Source: Mobula hypostoma (Eukaryota). From it: a stretch of DNA of 64,000 nt. Where the stretch lies: assembly GCF_963921235.1 (NCBI RefSeq), contig NC_086097.1:217002001-217066000 (forward strand), read 5' to 3'. Each line of letters begins with the position of its first letter. Positions within the stretch are counted from its first letter, which is position 1. This document shows positions 14,145-27,545 of this stretch, piece by piece. The notes under the pieces are model-generated. The model worked only from the letters and a program-made list of their open reading frames with translations. It was not told the DNA's origin and made no database searches. A program made the position numbers and the translations under genes.

Positions 14145-14657
14145 ATACTTGGAGTACTGTGTCCAGTTCTGGTCGCCTCACTATAGGAAGGATGTGGAAG
14201 CATTGGAAAGGGTACAGAGGAGATTTACCAGGATGCTGCCTGGTTTAGAGAGTATGCATTATGATCAGAGATTAAGGGAGCTAGGGCTTTACTCTTTGGA
14301 GAGAAGGAGGATGAGAGGAGACATGATAGTGGTGTACAAGATAATAAGAGGAATAGATAGAGTGGATAGCCAGTGCCTCTTCCCCAGGGCACCACTGCTC
14401 ATGGCTTTAAGGTAAGGGGTGGGAAGTTCAAGGGGGATATTAGAGGAAGGTTTTTTACTCAAAGAGTGGTCGGTGCGTGGAATGCACTGCCTGAGTCAGT
14501 GGTGGAGGCAGATACAGTAGTGAAGTTTAAGAGACTACTAGACAGGTATATGGAGGAATTTAAGGTGGGGGCTTATATGGGAGGCAGGGTTTGAAGGTCG
14601 GCACAACATTGTGGGCCGAAGGGCCTGTACTGTGCTGTACTATTCTATGTTCTATGT
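14145..14657 (+). mobile_element. CR1 3' fragment
   Basis: [32 protein letters not shown]. Confidence 0.88.
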
Positions 14658-14939
14658 TCAGTCTTTTCTTTAATATAAACAGACCCAGCTTCTCTAATCT
14701 ACATATTACAATAGTCTCTCATCTCAGGAATCATTCTATTAAAACTTTTCTTGATCCTCTCTCATGCCATTGCAACTTTGTTCAATGCGGTGATCAGAAA
14801 TGAGCTCTACTCCAGTTGAAGCTAGGCTAGAGATTTATAAAGTTCAGCTTGAATTCACTGTTTTTATGCCTATGCCTTTATCTATAAAGTACAAAACTGA
14901 GATTGCATTACCTCAACCTACCCTGGCACTTTCTATGAT

Positions 14940-15343
14940 TAAGACCATAAGACACAGGAGCAGAATTAGGCCATTCAGCCCATTGAGTCTGCTCCACCAT
15001 TTCATCATGGCTGATCCCAGACCCCATTCAACCCTATACACCGACCCTCTCATCATTATCCCTTGATGCCCTGACCAATCAGGAATCTACCAACTTCCAC
15101 TTTGAATGTACCCACAGTCTGTGGCAGAGCATTCCACAGATTCACCACTCTTTGGCTAAGAAAATTCCTCGTTACCTCTGTTCTAAAAGGTTGCCCCTCA
15201 ATTTTGAGGCTGTGCCCTCTTGTTCTGGATACCCCCACCAGAAGAAACATCCTCTCCTCATCCACCTTATCTAGTCCTTTAAACATTTGGTAGGTTTCAA
15301 TGAGATCCCCGTGCATTCTTCTAAATTCCAGTGAGTACAGGCC
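14940..15343 (-). mobile_element. CR1 3' fragment
   Basis: GDLIETYQM..SRTRGHSLKI..QRVVNLWNALP. Confidence 0.85.
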
Positions 15344-15400
15344 TTGGTAGATTAATATCCACAGGTCCCAGTGTTCCTTTTAGAGCAGCAGCCTTTGTTC

Positions 15401-15605
15401 TACGAGGGGTGATTGATAAGTCAGTTGCCTAAGGTAGAAGGAGTCAATTTTAGAAAATCTAGCACATTTATTTTTCAACATATTCCCCTCCTACATTTTC
15501 ACACTTAGTCCAGCAGTCGCGAAGCATACGGATCTTGGACCTCCAGAAAGTGTCCACAGATGGGTGATTGATAAGTTTGTGGCCTTAGGTAGAAGGAGAT
15601 GAGGA
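15401..15605. mobile_element. Mariner/Tc1-like non-autonomous fragment
   Basis: Begins TACGAGGGG (mariner-type terminus); subterminal motif gggtgattgataag..ggtagaaggag repeated at about 15562. Confidence 0.5.
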
Positions 15606-16592
15606 AAAATCGTTTACTACATATCTACTCATTCTACCACCTGCTACAGTTTATCACAGTTCACAATAATGACAAGTTTCATCTCATCTGCCAACTTAGA
15701 AATTGTACCTTGTTTTAACATGAACAAAGTTGCTGGAGGGACACTGAAGCTAGTGGATATAGAAGAGTTTATTCAACAAAAACGAGCAACAGGCATCATA
15801 CTGAGATCCTTTCAGTGGAAGAAGCTGGCTCAACACAATGTTTCATGGTATTTATATGCTGAAGATCAAGGAAGATTCTGCAGTATATTTACAATGCATC
15901 TACAATGCTTCCTTTCAATTATGTATAATTTTCACACCACCTTCTTCGCACCCACACTTCAGACACCCAAAATGAACGTTAATCAGCATTTCCACAGACA
16001 AAATGCTGGAGGAACTCAGCATTTTCTGTTTTTTTTTTCAATTAAATGCTGTCCACAATTTCAGGAATCTATTGCCCAGGGTTGTATTTTAAATTTAATC
16101 TACAATCCACATTCAGGTCTAAAGATTGCTGAAGTCAGTTGCTGGTTAACATTTACTATATGCCCTAATTCTAGAATATACTCTAACACCTTGCACCCCC
16201 CAAAAAAAAAACTGGGAACTGTGTCATTAAGTACATTTCAATCCTTCAAATGATATTATGTTATGGCTGAGTGCCATTGGTAAATCACTTGGGATTTTTT
16301 ACCTTTTGACTTCAATGTGTACCTGGGGATTTCCTACAGTGTGGATTTGTAAAGTTACGTATTAATAAATGTTGGCTAGATACTTTTTTTGATATATTCT
16401 ATTTTCTCCTCTGTTTCTGTGCTATGCTCTCTCTATGTTTCTGTGATTGGAAAAGTGGGGCAGTTCCCTAAAAAAGCAAGGACAAGGTTAGAAGTGGAAT
16501 GAAATGTCTGTTCATGTCATCTTGGAATTCCCTTGTATTGATCGGATATCATGATGTATCATGAATTTGCATTCATTCAGTTTTGTTCGCAG

Positions 16593-16758
16593 ACCTGAAA
16601 AGAAGACTGAACAGCCCATGTGTGAAGAACACGATGATGAGCGAATCAACATTTATTGCATGACGTGTGAAGTACCAACATGCTCTATGTGTAAAGTATT
16701 TGGTGCTCATAAAGACTGCGAGGTGGCTCCACTCAATAATATTTACAAAAGACAAAAG
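16593..16758 (+). CDS. TRIM55: TRIM55/MuRF2 internal coding exon, B-box type 2 zinc finger
   Basis: cgcAG acceptor, AAG|gtgggt donor, 166 nt; encodes (R)[55 protein letters not shown]; the PEKK-x-QPMC start fits TRIM55 better than TRIM54/63. Confidence 0.95.
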
Positions 16759-17764
16759 GTGGGTATTATTTTTCACCAAAATTTATTGTAAGGCTTATCC
16801 TTCCTCCTATTTGAACAGCACAAAACCATTTCATTTCAAAGGGCAAAAAACTGATTTGTTCCCGGACTCTTTTATTGATACTTGTATTAGTATGAAGGCA
16901 GCCTGACGTTCCTTGTACGTACATGAAATTTTCAAAAGCTTGTATTTCAAAGGATGGTCGCAAGACCATGCTTTGTACTTTTGGTCAATAACAAGTTATT
17001 TGCAGAGCCCTCAGGATTGTCAAGGAACCTTCCCTTCCACCCCACAATTACTTTTGCCTCCTACTATTAGGCAGAAGGTACTGCTGTTTAAGAACAAGGA
17101 TTATTAGGCTGGTTAACAACTTCTTCGCACAGGCTGTGATGCTTCTGAACACCCTGCTACAGCCCTGTACAAGTTATTTACGAATATGCCAGTAGCATTA
17201 TGCTGTTGCATATTTAATTATATGTCGTATCTGCACTTTATGTCAAATTGTCCATCTATAGAATACTTCTTATTTATTATCTATCAATATAACTGTTAAT
17301 ATTATTTTATGTGCTGTATGTGATAATATGTATTGCGATTTGCACCCTGGACCCTGAAGAACATTGTTTCACTTAGCTGTCTACATGAGTACGGTTGAAT
17401 GACAATAAACTTGAAATTGAACTTGATATCTCTGGTACTTTCTGGATTCTTTTTAAAGGAAATAATCAATATGAGATGAATGTTTGAATGTTTTCATTTA
17501 ATATATTAAGGGCATAACCCACTCACCCTTAAATATTAGGCTTTTCATTAAGTACTGGATAGGATTGAGATTCTCATTTTCTATTGCCACTGCGCGATCA
17601 GTTGTAGTTACTCACCTATTTAGTAGCTTCACCTGAAACCCAAGAAACAAACAAATATACAAAACTTGAGAATAGGCCACTGAAATGTATCTGTACTAAC
17701 GCCTCAAGCAAGTTATTGTTTGCTTGACCAACGACAACTTTACTAAAAGCACTGTTTTAGAACC

Positions 17765-18420
17765 ACGGAAACATAGAAAATATACAGTACAATACAGGCC
17801 CTTCGGCCCACAAAGCTGTGCTGAACATGTTCCTACCTTGGAACTACCTAGGCTTTACCCATAACTCTCTATTTTTCTAAGCTCTATGTAGCCATCAGGA
17901 GTCTCTTAAAAGACCCTATCGTTTCCGCCTCCACCACCGCCGCCGGCAGCCCATTCCACGCACTCACCACTCTGTGTGTAAAAAACTTACCCCTGACATC
18001 TCCTCTGTACCTGCTTCCAAGCACCTTAAAACTATGTCCTCTCATGCTAGCCAATTCAGCCCTGGGGAAAAGCCTCTGACTATCCACACAATCAATGCCT
18101 CTCATCATCTTATACACCTCTATCAGGTCACCTCTCATCCTCCGTTGCTCCAAGGAGAAAAGGCCAAGTTCACTCAACCTATTCTCATAAGGCATGCTCC
18201 CCAATCCAGGCAACATCCTTGTAAATCTCCTCTGCACCCTTTCTATGGTTTCCACATCCTTCCTGTAGTGAGGCGACCAGAATTGAGCACAGTACTCCAA
18301 GTGGGGTCTGACCAGGATCCTATATAGCTGCAACATTATCTCTCTGCTCTTAAACTCAATCCCACGATAGATGAAGGCCAATGCATCATATGTCTTCTAA
18401 ACCACAGAGTCAACCTGTGG
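17765..18420 (-). mobile_element. CR1 3' fragment
   Basis: 165-aa RT C-terminal [18 protein letters not shown]. Confidence 0.9.
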
Positions 18421-19624
18421 CCTTCTTAACCACAGAGTCAACCTGCTCTGTTTTGCTCTGTTCTACTCAAAGTTACTGATTAGATACAAACGTGCATATC
18501 TAATTTCAACACCAATGGGTTTTTAACAGTGATTAGGTCCTCTACACTATATGATCTGACAATAATAGATAAAAAGTTTCCAAATCATCAAAAAAAAAGC
18601 TTCAAAAATTAACAGAATCAAATATTGTAACTAACAAAGATTAAGATGCACTTTGTTACCTTTGTTATTTGCTGCTGCTGCCACATTAATTATAAAATTA
18701 AGGCATGCAGTCCTATTTCTCAAGTTGTGTTCCTCCACAGTTGAATATGGATATGATGAGCTATTTCTCTTATAGTGTAAGCTTTTATTAAAAGGGCAGA
18801 ACAGATTAAGCTAATGAAAGGATCAAAGCATCCACTCGTTGAAGGTTCACTTGTTTGTTCTCTGTAGTGCCGAACTGGAAGCAGTTGGTCAGAAGTTATA
18901 AACTCTGCAGTATTTTTTTTCTTGTGCTTGCATGAATGAATCACTGGATTAATGAATTTTGAAACTGCTGAAGTATTCAGCTTGTTCAGTGTTTATGCCA
19001 ACAGAACAGCTTCCAGTGAGCACGATGTGCAGACTTACGTATGTGCTACCTATCTGACAGGTGGAACTCCAAAACCTTTCCATCACTTTGATGCATAAGT
19101 TACGCTCATGCACAGAATGGATAAATTTAAACAATAATTGTTATTAAGACTCTTGCTTAATAAAATTTTTCTTGGACATTAACTCTGAACCTTAGTATCT
19201 CTATTAAATATTTTATATATCTATATATGTATACTGGCTATATCCCTAAAATGTATTTTCTGGTATCAGCCTATAATTATTTATATGGCAACTTAATTGT
19301 CAGTATTTGTAGAAATAATAAAATAAGACAAGTTTATTCTTTAACGTTCCAAATGTCCCGAGGCAGTGTGAAACAAACCATATTGTCAATCCTGAGCTGA
19401 TATCGTCTCAGTTTGGTCATTTCAGCCAAGGCACCAACCAATTTTCAAGTTCAAGTTCAAGTTTACTGTCATCCAACTGTACGCTTGTATACAGCTAAAT
19501 GAAACAACATTCCTCAGGGATCAAAGAGCAAATCACAGTCCATATAACACATACAGCACATAAAATATTAATACAAGAAATTTTGCAGTTACTGGTAATC
19601 ACGGACAAAGCAAACATAAGTGCA

Positions 19625-22600
19625 GAGAGACAGAGGGGTGTAAAGTGAGGGTAGAAGCAAAAAGTACAAAGGAGAAAAGTAAAAGTGGCAGGCCGACAAA
19701 TCCAGGGCAAGCATTAAAAAGGGCCACTTTTCAACATAATTGTATAAGGGCTAAGAGAGTTGTAAAAGAGCGCCTGAAGGCTTTATGTGTCAATGCAAGG
19801 AGCATTCGTAATAAGGTGGATGAATTGAAAGTGCAGATTGTTATTAATGATTATGATATAGTTGGGATCACAGAGACATGGCTCCAGGGTGACCAGGGAT
19901 GGGAGCTCAACGTTCAGGGATATTCAATATTCAGGAGGGATAGACATGAAGGAAGGGGAGGTGGGGTGGCGTTGCTGGTTAAAGAAGAGATTAACGCAAT
20001 AGAAAGGAAGGACATAAGCTGGGAAGATGTGGAATCGATATGGGTAGAGCTGCGTAACACTAAGGGGCAGAAGACGCCGGTGGGAGTTGTGTACAGACCA
20101 CCTAACAGTAGTAGTGAGGTCGGAGATGGTATTAAACAGGAAATTAGAAATGTGTGCAATAAAGGAACAGCAGTTATAATGGGTGACTTCAATCTACATG
20201 TAGACTGGGTGAACCAAATTGGTAAAGGTGCTAAGGAAGAGGATTTCTTGGAATGTATGCGGGATGGTTTTTTGAACCAACATGTCGAGGAACCAACTAG
20301 AGAGCAGGCTATTCTGGACTGGGTTTTGAGCAATGAGGAAGGGTTAATTAGCGATCTTGTCGTGAGAGGCCCCTTGGGTAAGAGTGACCATAATATGGTG
20401 GAATTCTTCATTAATATGGAGAGTGACATAGTTAATTCAGAAACAAAGGTTCTGAACTTAAAGAGGGGTAACTTTGAAGGTATGAGACATGAATTAGCTA
20501 AGATAGACTGGCAAATGACACTTAAAGGATTGACGGTGGATATGCAATGGCAAGCATTTAAAGGTTGCATGGATGAACTACAACAATTGTTCATCCCAGT
20601 TTGGCAAGAGAATAAATCAAGGAAGGTAGTGCACCCGTGACTGACAAGAGAAATTAGGGATAGTATCAATTCCAAAGAAGAAGCATACAAATTAGCCAGA
20701 GAAAGTGGCTCACCTGAAGACTGGGAGAAATTCAGAGTTCAGCAGAGGAGGACAAAGGGCTTAATTAGGAAGGGGAAAAAAGATTATGAGAGAAAACTGG
20801 CGGGGAACATAAAAACGGACTGTAAAAGCTTTTATAGATATGTAAAAAGGAAAAGACTGGTAAAGACAAATGTAGGTCCCCTGCAGACAGAAACAGGTGA
20901 ATTGATTATGGGGAGCAAGGACATGGCAGACCAATTGAATAATTACTTTGGTTCTGTCTTCACTAAGGAGGACGTAAATAATCTTCCAGAAATAGTAAGG
21001 GACAGAGGGTCCAGTGAGATGGAGGAACTGAGTGAAATACATGTTAGTAGGGAAGTGGTGTTAGGTAAATTGAAGGGATTGAAGGCAGATAAATCCCCAG
21101 GGCCAGATGGTCTGCATCCTAGAGTGCTTAAGGAAGTAGCCCAAGAAATAGTGGATGCATTAGTGATAATTTTTCAAAACTAGTTAGATTCTGGACTAGT
21201 TCCTGAGGATTGGAGGGTGGCTAATGTAACCCCACTTTTTAAAAAAGGAGGGAGAGAGAAACCGGGGAATTATAGTCTGGTTAGCCTAACGTCGGTGGTG
21301 GGGAAACTGCTGGAGTCAGTTATCAAGGATGTGATAACAGCACATTTGGAAAGCGGTGAAATGATCGGACAAAGTCAGCATGGATTTGTGAAAGGAAAAT
21401 CATGTCTAACGAATCTCATAGAATTTTTTGAGGATGTAACTAGTAGAGTGGATAGGGGAGAACCAGTGGATGTGGTATATTTGGATTTTCAAAAGGCTTT
21501 TGACAAGGTCCCACACAGGAGATTAGTGTGCAAACTTCAAGCACACGGTATTGGGGGTAAGGTATTGGTGTGGGTGGAGAATTGGTTAGCAGACAGGAAG
21601 CAAAGAGTGGGAATAAACGGGACCTTTTCAGAATGGCAGGCGGTGACTAGTGGGGTACCGCAAGGCTCAGTGCTGGGACCCCAGTTGTTTACAATATATA
21701 TTAATGACTTGGATGAGGGAATTAAATGCAGCATCTCCAAGTTTGCGGATGACACGAAGCTGGGTGGCAGTGTTAGCAGTGAGGAGGATGCTAAGAGGAT
21801 GCAGGGTGACTTGGATAGGTTGGGTGAGTGGGCAAACTCATGGCAGATGCAATTTAATGTGGATAAATGTGAAGTTATCCACTTTGGTGGCAAAAATAGG
21901 AAAACAGATTATTATCTGAATGGTGGCCGATTAGGAAAAGGGGAGGTGCAACGAGACCTGTGTGTCATTATACACCAGTCATTGAAAGTGGGCATGCAGG
22001 TACAGCAGGCGGTGAAAAAGGCGAATGGTATGCTGGCATTTATAGCGAGAGGATTCGAGTACAGGAGCAGGGAGGTACTACTGCAGTTGTACAAGGCCTT
22101 GGTGAGACCACACCTGGAGTATTGTGTGCAGTTTTGGTCCCCTAATCTGAGGAAAGACATCTTTGCCATAGAGGGAGTACAAAGAAGGTTCACCAGATTG
22201 ATTCCTGGGATGGCAGGACTTTCATATGAAGAAAGACTGGATGAACTGGGCTTGTACTCGTTGGAATTTAGAAGATTGAGGGGGGATCTGATTGAAACGT
22301 ATAAAATCCTAAAGGGATTGGACAAGATAGATGCAGGAAGATTGTTCCCGATGTTGGGGAAGTCCAGAACGAGGGGTCACAGTTTGAGGATAGAGGGGAA
22401 GCCTTTTAGGACCGAGATTAGGAAAAACTTCTTCACACAGAGAGTGGTGAATCTGTGGAATTCTCTGCCACAGGAAACTGTTGAGGCCAGTTCATTGGCT
22501 ATGTTTAAGAGGGAGTTAGATATGGCCCTTGTGGCTACGGGGGTCAGGGGGTATGGAGGGAAGGCTGGGGCGGGGTTCTGAGTTGGATGATCAGCCATGA

Positions 22601-22671
22601 TCATAATAAATGGCGGTGCAGGCTCGAAGGGCCGAATGACCTACTCCTGCACCTATTTTCTATGTTTCTAT
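19625..22671 (+). mobile_element. Young CR1 LINE, essentially complete ORF2 (APE endonuclease + RT) with two in-frame stops
   Basis: NARSI, ITETWL, YRPP, GDFN, SDH, QGSVLGP, FADD motifs all in one frame; stops at 20638-20640 and 21181-21183; TTTCTATG-type tail. Confidence 0.95.
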
Positions 22672-23660
22672 AATGCTGGAGGATTGAAGCAAGTCAGGCA
22701 GCATCTATGGAAATTAATAAACAGTCAATGATTTGGGCCGTGACCCTTCTTCAGGACTGGAAATGGAGGGCAAAGAAGCCGCAATAAAGAAGATGGAGGA
22801 GGGGGTACAAGCTATAAGGTAATAGGTAAAGGCAGGTAGGTGGGGGAGGGGTTGAAGTAAGAAGCTGGGAGGTGATAGGTGGAAAAGGTAAAGGGAAGGA
22901 ATCTGATAGGACAGGAGAGTGGCTGAAGGGAATAAGGAGAGGAGGAGGAGCACCAGGGGGAAGAGATAAGAAGGGATCCAGAGTAGAGAATGGAAAAAGA
23001 GGGAAGGGGGAGGAGGAAAATTTACTAGAATTTGGAGAAATCGATGGTCATGCCATCAAGTTGGAGGCTGCCCAGATGGAATATGAGGTGTTGCTCCTCT
23101 AACCTGAGAGCTATCAAACAACATGTCAGAATGGGAATGGGGCTTGGACTTAACATGGCTGCCCGCCGAGAAGTACTGCATTTTGCAGATAGAGTGAAGG
23201 TGCTTGCCAAAGCAGTCTACGTTCAGTCTCGCCAGTGTAGAGGAGGCTGAGTAGGGAGCACCGTATACAGTAGACGTCCCCAACAGATTCACAGGCGAAG
23301 TGTTTCCTCACCTGGAAGGACTGTTGAAGGCCCTGAATGGAGGTGAGATCAGTGGAAAGGGACAAATGGACAAGGGAATCACAGAGGGAGAAATCCCTGC
23401 AGAAAGCAGAGCGGCAGGAAGGTAAAGACATGTTTGGTGGTGGACCCCACTGAAGATGGCGGACTTTGCCGAGAATGATGTACTGGATGCAGAAGCTCAT
23501 TGAGTGGTAGGTGAGGATGAGAGGAATTCCATCCCTGTTAAAGTGGTGGGAAGATGGGACAAGGGTGGATGTCAGGGAAATGGAGGAGATGCAGGTGAAA
23601 GCAGCATCAATGGTGAAGGAAGGGAAACCCCATTCTTAGAAGAATGATGACATCTCTGAT
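22672..23660 (-). mobile_element. Penelope-like element fragment (GIY-YIG endonuclease remnant)
   Basis: FACESVGDVYCIRCS..LYTGETERRL resembles Penelope VIYCIRC..LYIGET; terminal gacccttc..aggact motif. Confidence 0.75.
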
Positions 23661-23669
23661 ATCTCAGTA

Positions 23670-24730
23670 CATAAAATAATATTAATACAATAATATTCAT
23701 GGATGAAATATATATTCTGTAGATGTACAAGTTGCCCTAAAATGCATGTAAGGCATATGGTTTAATATACAACAGTATACTGCTACTGCTGCCATCATAC
23801 CGTGAATAATGTGGCAGCAGAGTATTCAGAAGTCTCTCTGCCTGGAGAAAGAAGCTGTTTCCCAGCCTAACAGTTCTTGTTTTTACACTGCGGTATCTTC
23901 TGCCTGATGGTGGGAGATCAATGTGACTGTGAGCTGGATGGCAGTAGTGAGGGCTCTGCGAATGCTGCACGTCTGGTATATGTTCTGGACGGGTGTGAGG
24001 GGGGTTGTCAGAGAGACCCCAGTGATTTTCTCAGCAGTCTTCACAATACGTGGCAGGGTCTTGCGGTCAGATGCCTCTCAATTCCCAAAACAGTTGGTGA
24101 TGCACCCAATCAGGACACTCTCGATGTTGCTCCTGTAGAATGTGTTTAGGATGGGGGTGGGGAGCCCCCTCACCCCAATCTCCTTGGGAAGTGGTGGTGT
24201 TGCTGTGCTTTCTGGACTAAAGTGTTGAGGGGCCAGGTGATGTCATCCATGATGTGCACTCCAGGAAACTTGGAGCTCCTGACTCTCCATGGAGGAGCGA
24301 TTGATGCGCAGCAGGGAGTGGTCAGCACAAGCCTTCCTGAATTCCAAAGTCAACTCTTTAATCTTGCCCAGGTTGAGAATCAAGTTGCTGCATTCACAAG
24401 AGTCCACAAATCGTTCTACCTCCTCTCTGACTTCATCTATGTTGTTGATGAGGCCAACCACAGTCGTGTTGTCAGTGAACTGAATGTTGTGGTTTGAGAT
24501 GGATGTAGCAGTAGAGTGGTGCATCATCAATGTGAGCAGCAGTGGGCTGAGCACATAGCCCTGGGGGGGACACCAGTGCTCACCGTGATGGAGCTAGAGA
24601 TGTTGCTGCCCACGTGGACTGTTTGAGGTCTCTCCATCAAGAAATCCAAGATCCGGTTACAGAGGGAGGCGGTGAGCCCCAACGAAGATAGCTTACCCAC
24701 CAACTTGTGAGGAATGATCATGTTGAACTT
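23670..24730 (-). mobile_element. Rex1/Babar-like LINE fragment
   Basis: [26 protein letters not shown] motifs. Confidence 0.75.
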
Positions 24731-24823
24731 AAGGATTTCGTTCCAATCTCTATAATATGAAACAGAGTTCCTTCTAATCATTGCTTGGATTATTTAGAAT
24801 GTTTTGTTTGCTTTTGTATGCAG

Positions 24824-24919
24824 TCTGAACTCAGTGATGGGATTTCAGTGCTGGTAGCAAGCAATGACCGAATTCAGTCAGTAATTACTCAGATGGAAGA
24901 GACATGCAGAAATATTGAG
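24824..24919 (+). CDS. TRIM55: TRIM55 coding exon, coiled-coil start
   Basis: tgcAG acceptor, GAG|gtaatt donor, 96 nt, phase 0/0; [32 protein letters not shown]. Confidence 0.95.
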
Positions 24920-25622
24920 GTAATTTGCATTCTTGATACCAGTGTCCCCCTTCACTCTGCTGCAGGAGTATTACAAAGGAGTATTTTCAATTTGCATTCA
25001 TTTAATTTTATATTTTATTTTTGTCCCATACCCTTGACTAAAATGTAGCCATTCCCAAAGACTGTTCAAAGTTCAAAGTACATTTATTATCAAAGTATGT
25101 ATACATTATACAACCTTGAAATTCGCCTCCTTATAGGCAGTCACAAATAAGAAACCTAAACAGGAAACCAATTTAAAAAATCCTACAAACACCCAATGCG
25201 CAGAGAGAGAGAAAACAAATCATACAAACAATAAAAACAAGCAAGAGCATTCAGAACAAAAGTGGATCCACAGACAGGAAGCCAGAAGCAGCCTGAGCCG
25301 GCCCCCTGCCTCAGACTCAGTGCAGTGGAGAGAGGAGCATACGTCTCAGAATAGCGACCAGAACTGACCTAAACCTCACCTTTGGTCCTGACGTACTGCC
25401 ATTTCAATCTCTCTGGCCTGGCGTTTAAATCGTCCAAACATCGATTCATTCCTTGCTCTAAGACTGGGCCCAGTCACATTAATACGCTCTGGGCCTGGAC
25501 CCCTCCTCCATGTTCAGGTGTATACCTGAGTTTTCCAAATTGGTCCGGTGCTTAGATTGATCAAACCTCCCTCTCGGTTTAGGTGGACAGGGCCCAAAAC
25601 TCCTCCGCTCTGCTCAGTCCAA

Positions 25623-25914
25623 CTTTTTTTTTTGGTGTGTGCATGCGTCCGTGCATGTGCGATGTTGGCGGGATGATGTCTTTTTCATGCCTTTACAAGG
25701 CGCGGAGTGAGAGAGAGAGAGACTGTGTGGTGTGACACTCCTCACACAAACATTTCGCAGTATTTTTCCCTTTATTTTACGAGGTCGAGTTGCGATCTCG
25801 ACACTCAACCCGGCACGGATGGAAAGCGTACTCGGGAGCGGACCCGACTGGGTTCGAACCCGGGAACCTCCGTTCCAGAGTCCGGCGCTGATGTCATTGC
25901 GCCACCAGCCAGGC
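25623..25914 (-). mobile_element. tRNA-derived SINE with poly(A) tail and TSD
   Basis: - strand A box TGGCGCAATG, B box GGTTCGAACCC, A-tail at 25624-25633, 13-bp TSD ctgctc(a/g)gtccaa. Confidence 0.85.
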
Positions 25915-26282
25915 CTGCTCGGTCCAATTCCATCTCAAATATGCCTTGACCTCGCTCTGACGACTGCTACCAGGTCCCTGATAATGTTGCTCTGAACTTG
26001 CTAAGTCCCTAGAATTTGACCAAAAGATGTCAAGAAGTTTGTGTGTTCAAGCAAGCAAGTTTGCACCTATCACAATGTGGCAAGTGTATAAGTGATCCAG
26101 TCACCAACAGATATCTTATGTGTCACACAAAATTACCTTCTGTACATGATTTTACTCCCTTTGTGGCAGATGTAGTATATTAATATAGTAAAAAATAATC
26201 TAGTCCCTAAAGTCGCCAATGTTGATATTCAAACATTTGAGATTTAGTTTATATGAAAATAACCATTTCCTAATTTTTACAG

Positions 26283-26516
26283 AGTAACGGTTCCTGTCAA
26301 AAGGAACTGATATGTGAAAAATTTGATGGTCTGTATGCAATGTTGGAGGAAAGGAAAAAAGACATGTTGCAAATCATTACTGTAGAACAGGAAGAAAAAA
26401 CACAGCATGTTCGCTCCTTGATGAGGAAATATGGAGAACATCTGGAGGGAGTATCCAAGGTTATCGAGACTGGATTACAGTGTATGGAGGAACCTGAAAT
26501 AGCGGTCTTTCTACAG
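26283..26516 (+). CDS. TRIM55: TRIM55 coding exon, coiled coil
   Basis: ttacAG acceptor, CAG|gtactc donor, 234 nt; SNGSCQKELICEKFDGLYAMLEERKKDMLQIITVEQEEKTQHVRSLMRKYGEHLEGVSKVIETGLQCMEEPEIAVFLQ. Confidence 0.95.
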
Positions 26517-26959
26517 GTACTCACTTGCTCTTTTGTGGCTAACAGTTTCTGGAAATGGATATATCTTAAGCGTACTGTAATCTATTACAATACAAGATTT
26601 TGGTCCAATGTATTCAATACTGTTCATCTGTTTACTGAAACGTATTCAGTGTCTTTTTTTTTATTATTGTTTGTGAGATTTGTGGTTGTTATTTACTGAC
26701 AAAAGTATTGCAATCTTAAGATGTCTGTGCATCCTTTTGGTGGATATTTTGACAATCATATCAGTATAAAAGTGGATTCTGATATAAAAATGTAATTAAT
26801 TTATGAAGCATAATCAGACAAAAGTGATGATGCACTTGCAACCTTGTATGTTGTTTAACATGATTCTAAAACTTGCTTTCTGTGAAACATTGTCAGGTTT
26901 TAACTATTAGATTGGAGAATGGGATCTGTAAGTAATAACTCTATATTTCAAATATTCGC

Positions 26960-27545
26960 AATGTGGTCTAATGAGGGTTTTACAGAGCTGTAACATTACA
27001 GCGCAGCTCTTGATCTTAATTCCCCAACTAATGAAGACCAAGACATTATATGCCTTTTAGCCATCCTATCAACTTGCGCAGCATATTTGATGTTCTGAGG
27101 ACATGAACCCCAAAATCCCTCTGTTCCTCCACATTTCCAAGAATGTTGCCATTAACCCTGTATTCTGCCTTCAACGTTGTCTTTCCGAAATGAATCAATT
27201 CACAGCTCTCCAGGTTGAACTCCACCTACCACTTCTCAGCCCAGCTCTGCATCCTGCCAATGTCCCATTGCAAACTGCAACAACCCTCCGCACTATCCAC
27301 AACTCTACCAGCTTCTGTGTCATCTGCAAATTTATTAACCCACACTTCACATCCAAGTCATGTATAAAAATTACAAAGAGCAGAGGTCCCTATGGAACAT
27401 CAGTGGTCACTGACCTCCAAGCCAGCCACTACCACCCTCTGCCTTCTATGGGCAAGCCAATTTTGTACCCATACAGCCAAGTTTCCCCAGATCCTATACC
27501 AGCAGACTTTCTGAATGAACCTGCTATGGGGAACCTTATCAAAAT
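26960..27545 (-). mobile_element. Degraded CR1 fragment
   Basis: FDKVPH..WVQNWLAHRRQRVVV. Confidence 0.7.

Noticed and set aside
15669..16253. 194-aa ORF
   Set aside because: Spans unrelated repeat fragments; no splice or homology support
1..16590. TRIM55 RING-domain exons
   Set aside because: No matching motifs found by reading; presumably upstream of the window
18394..18445. Short tandem duplication of aaccacagagtcaacctg
   Set aside because: Ordinary 5' junction scar of a truncated CR1 insertion
19914..20690. 258-aa antisense ORF (also 11923-12450)
   Set aside because: Antisense shadow of the CR1 endonuclease frame; no recognisable domain
25840..25914. Functional tRNA gene
   Set aside because: No convincing cloverleaf or terminator; continues into a SINE body with A-tail and TSD
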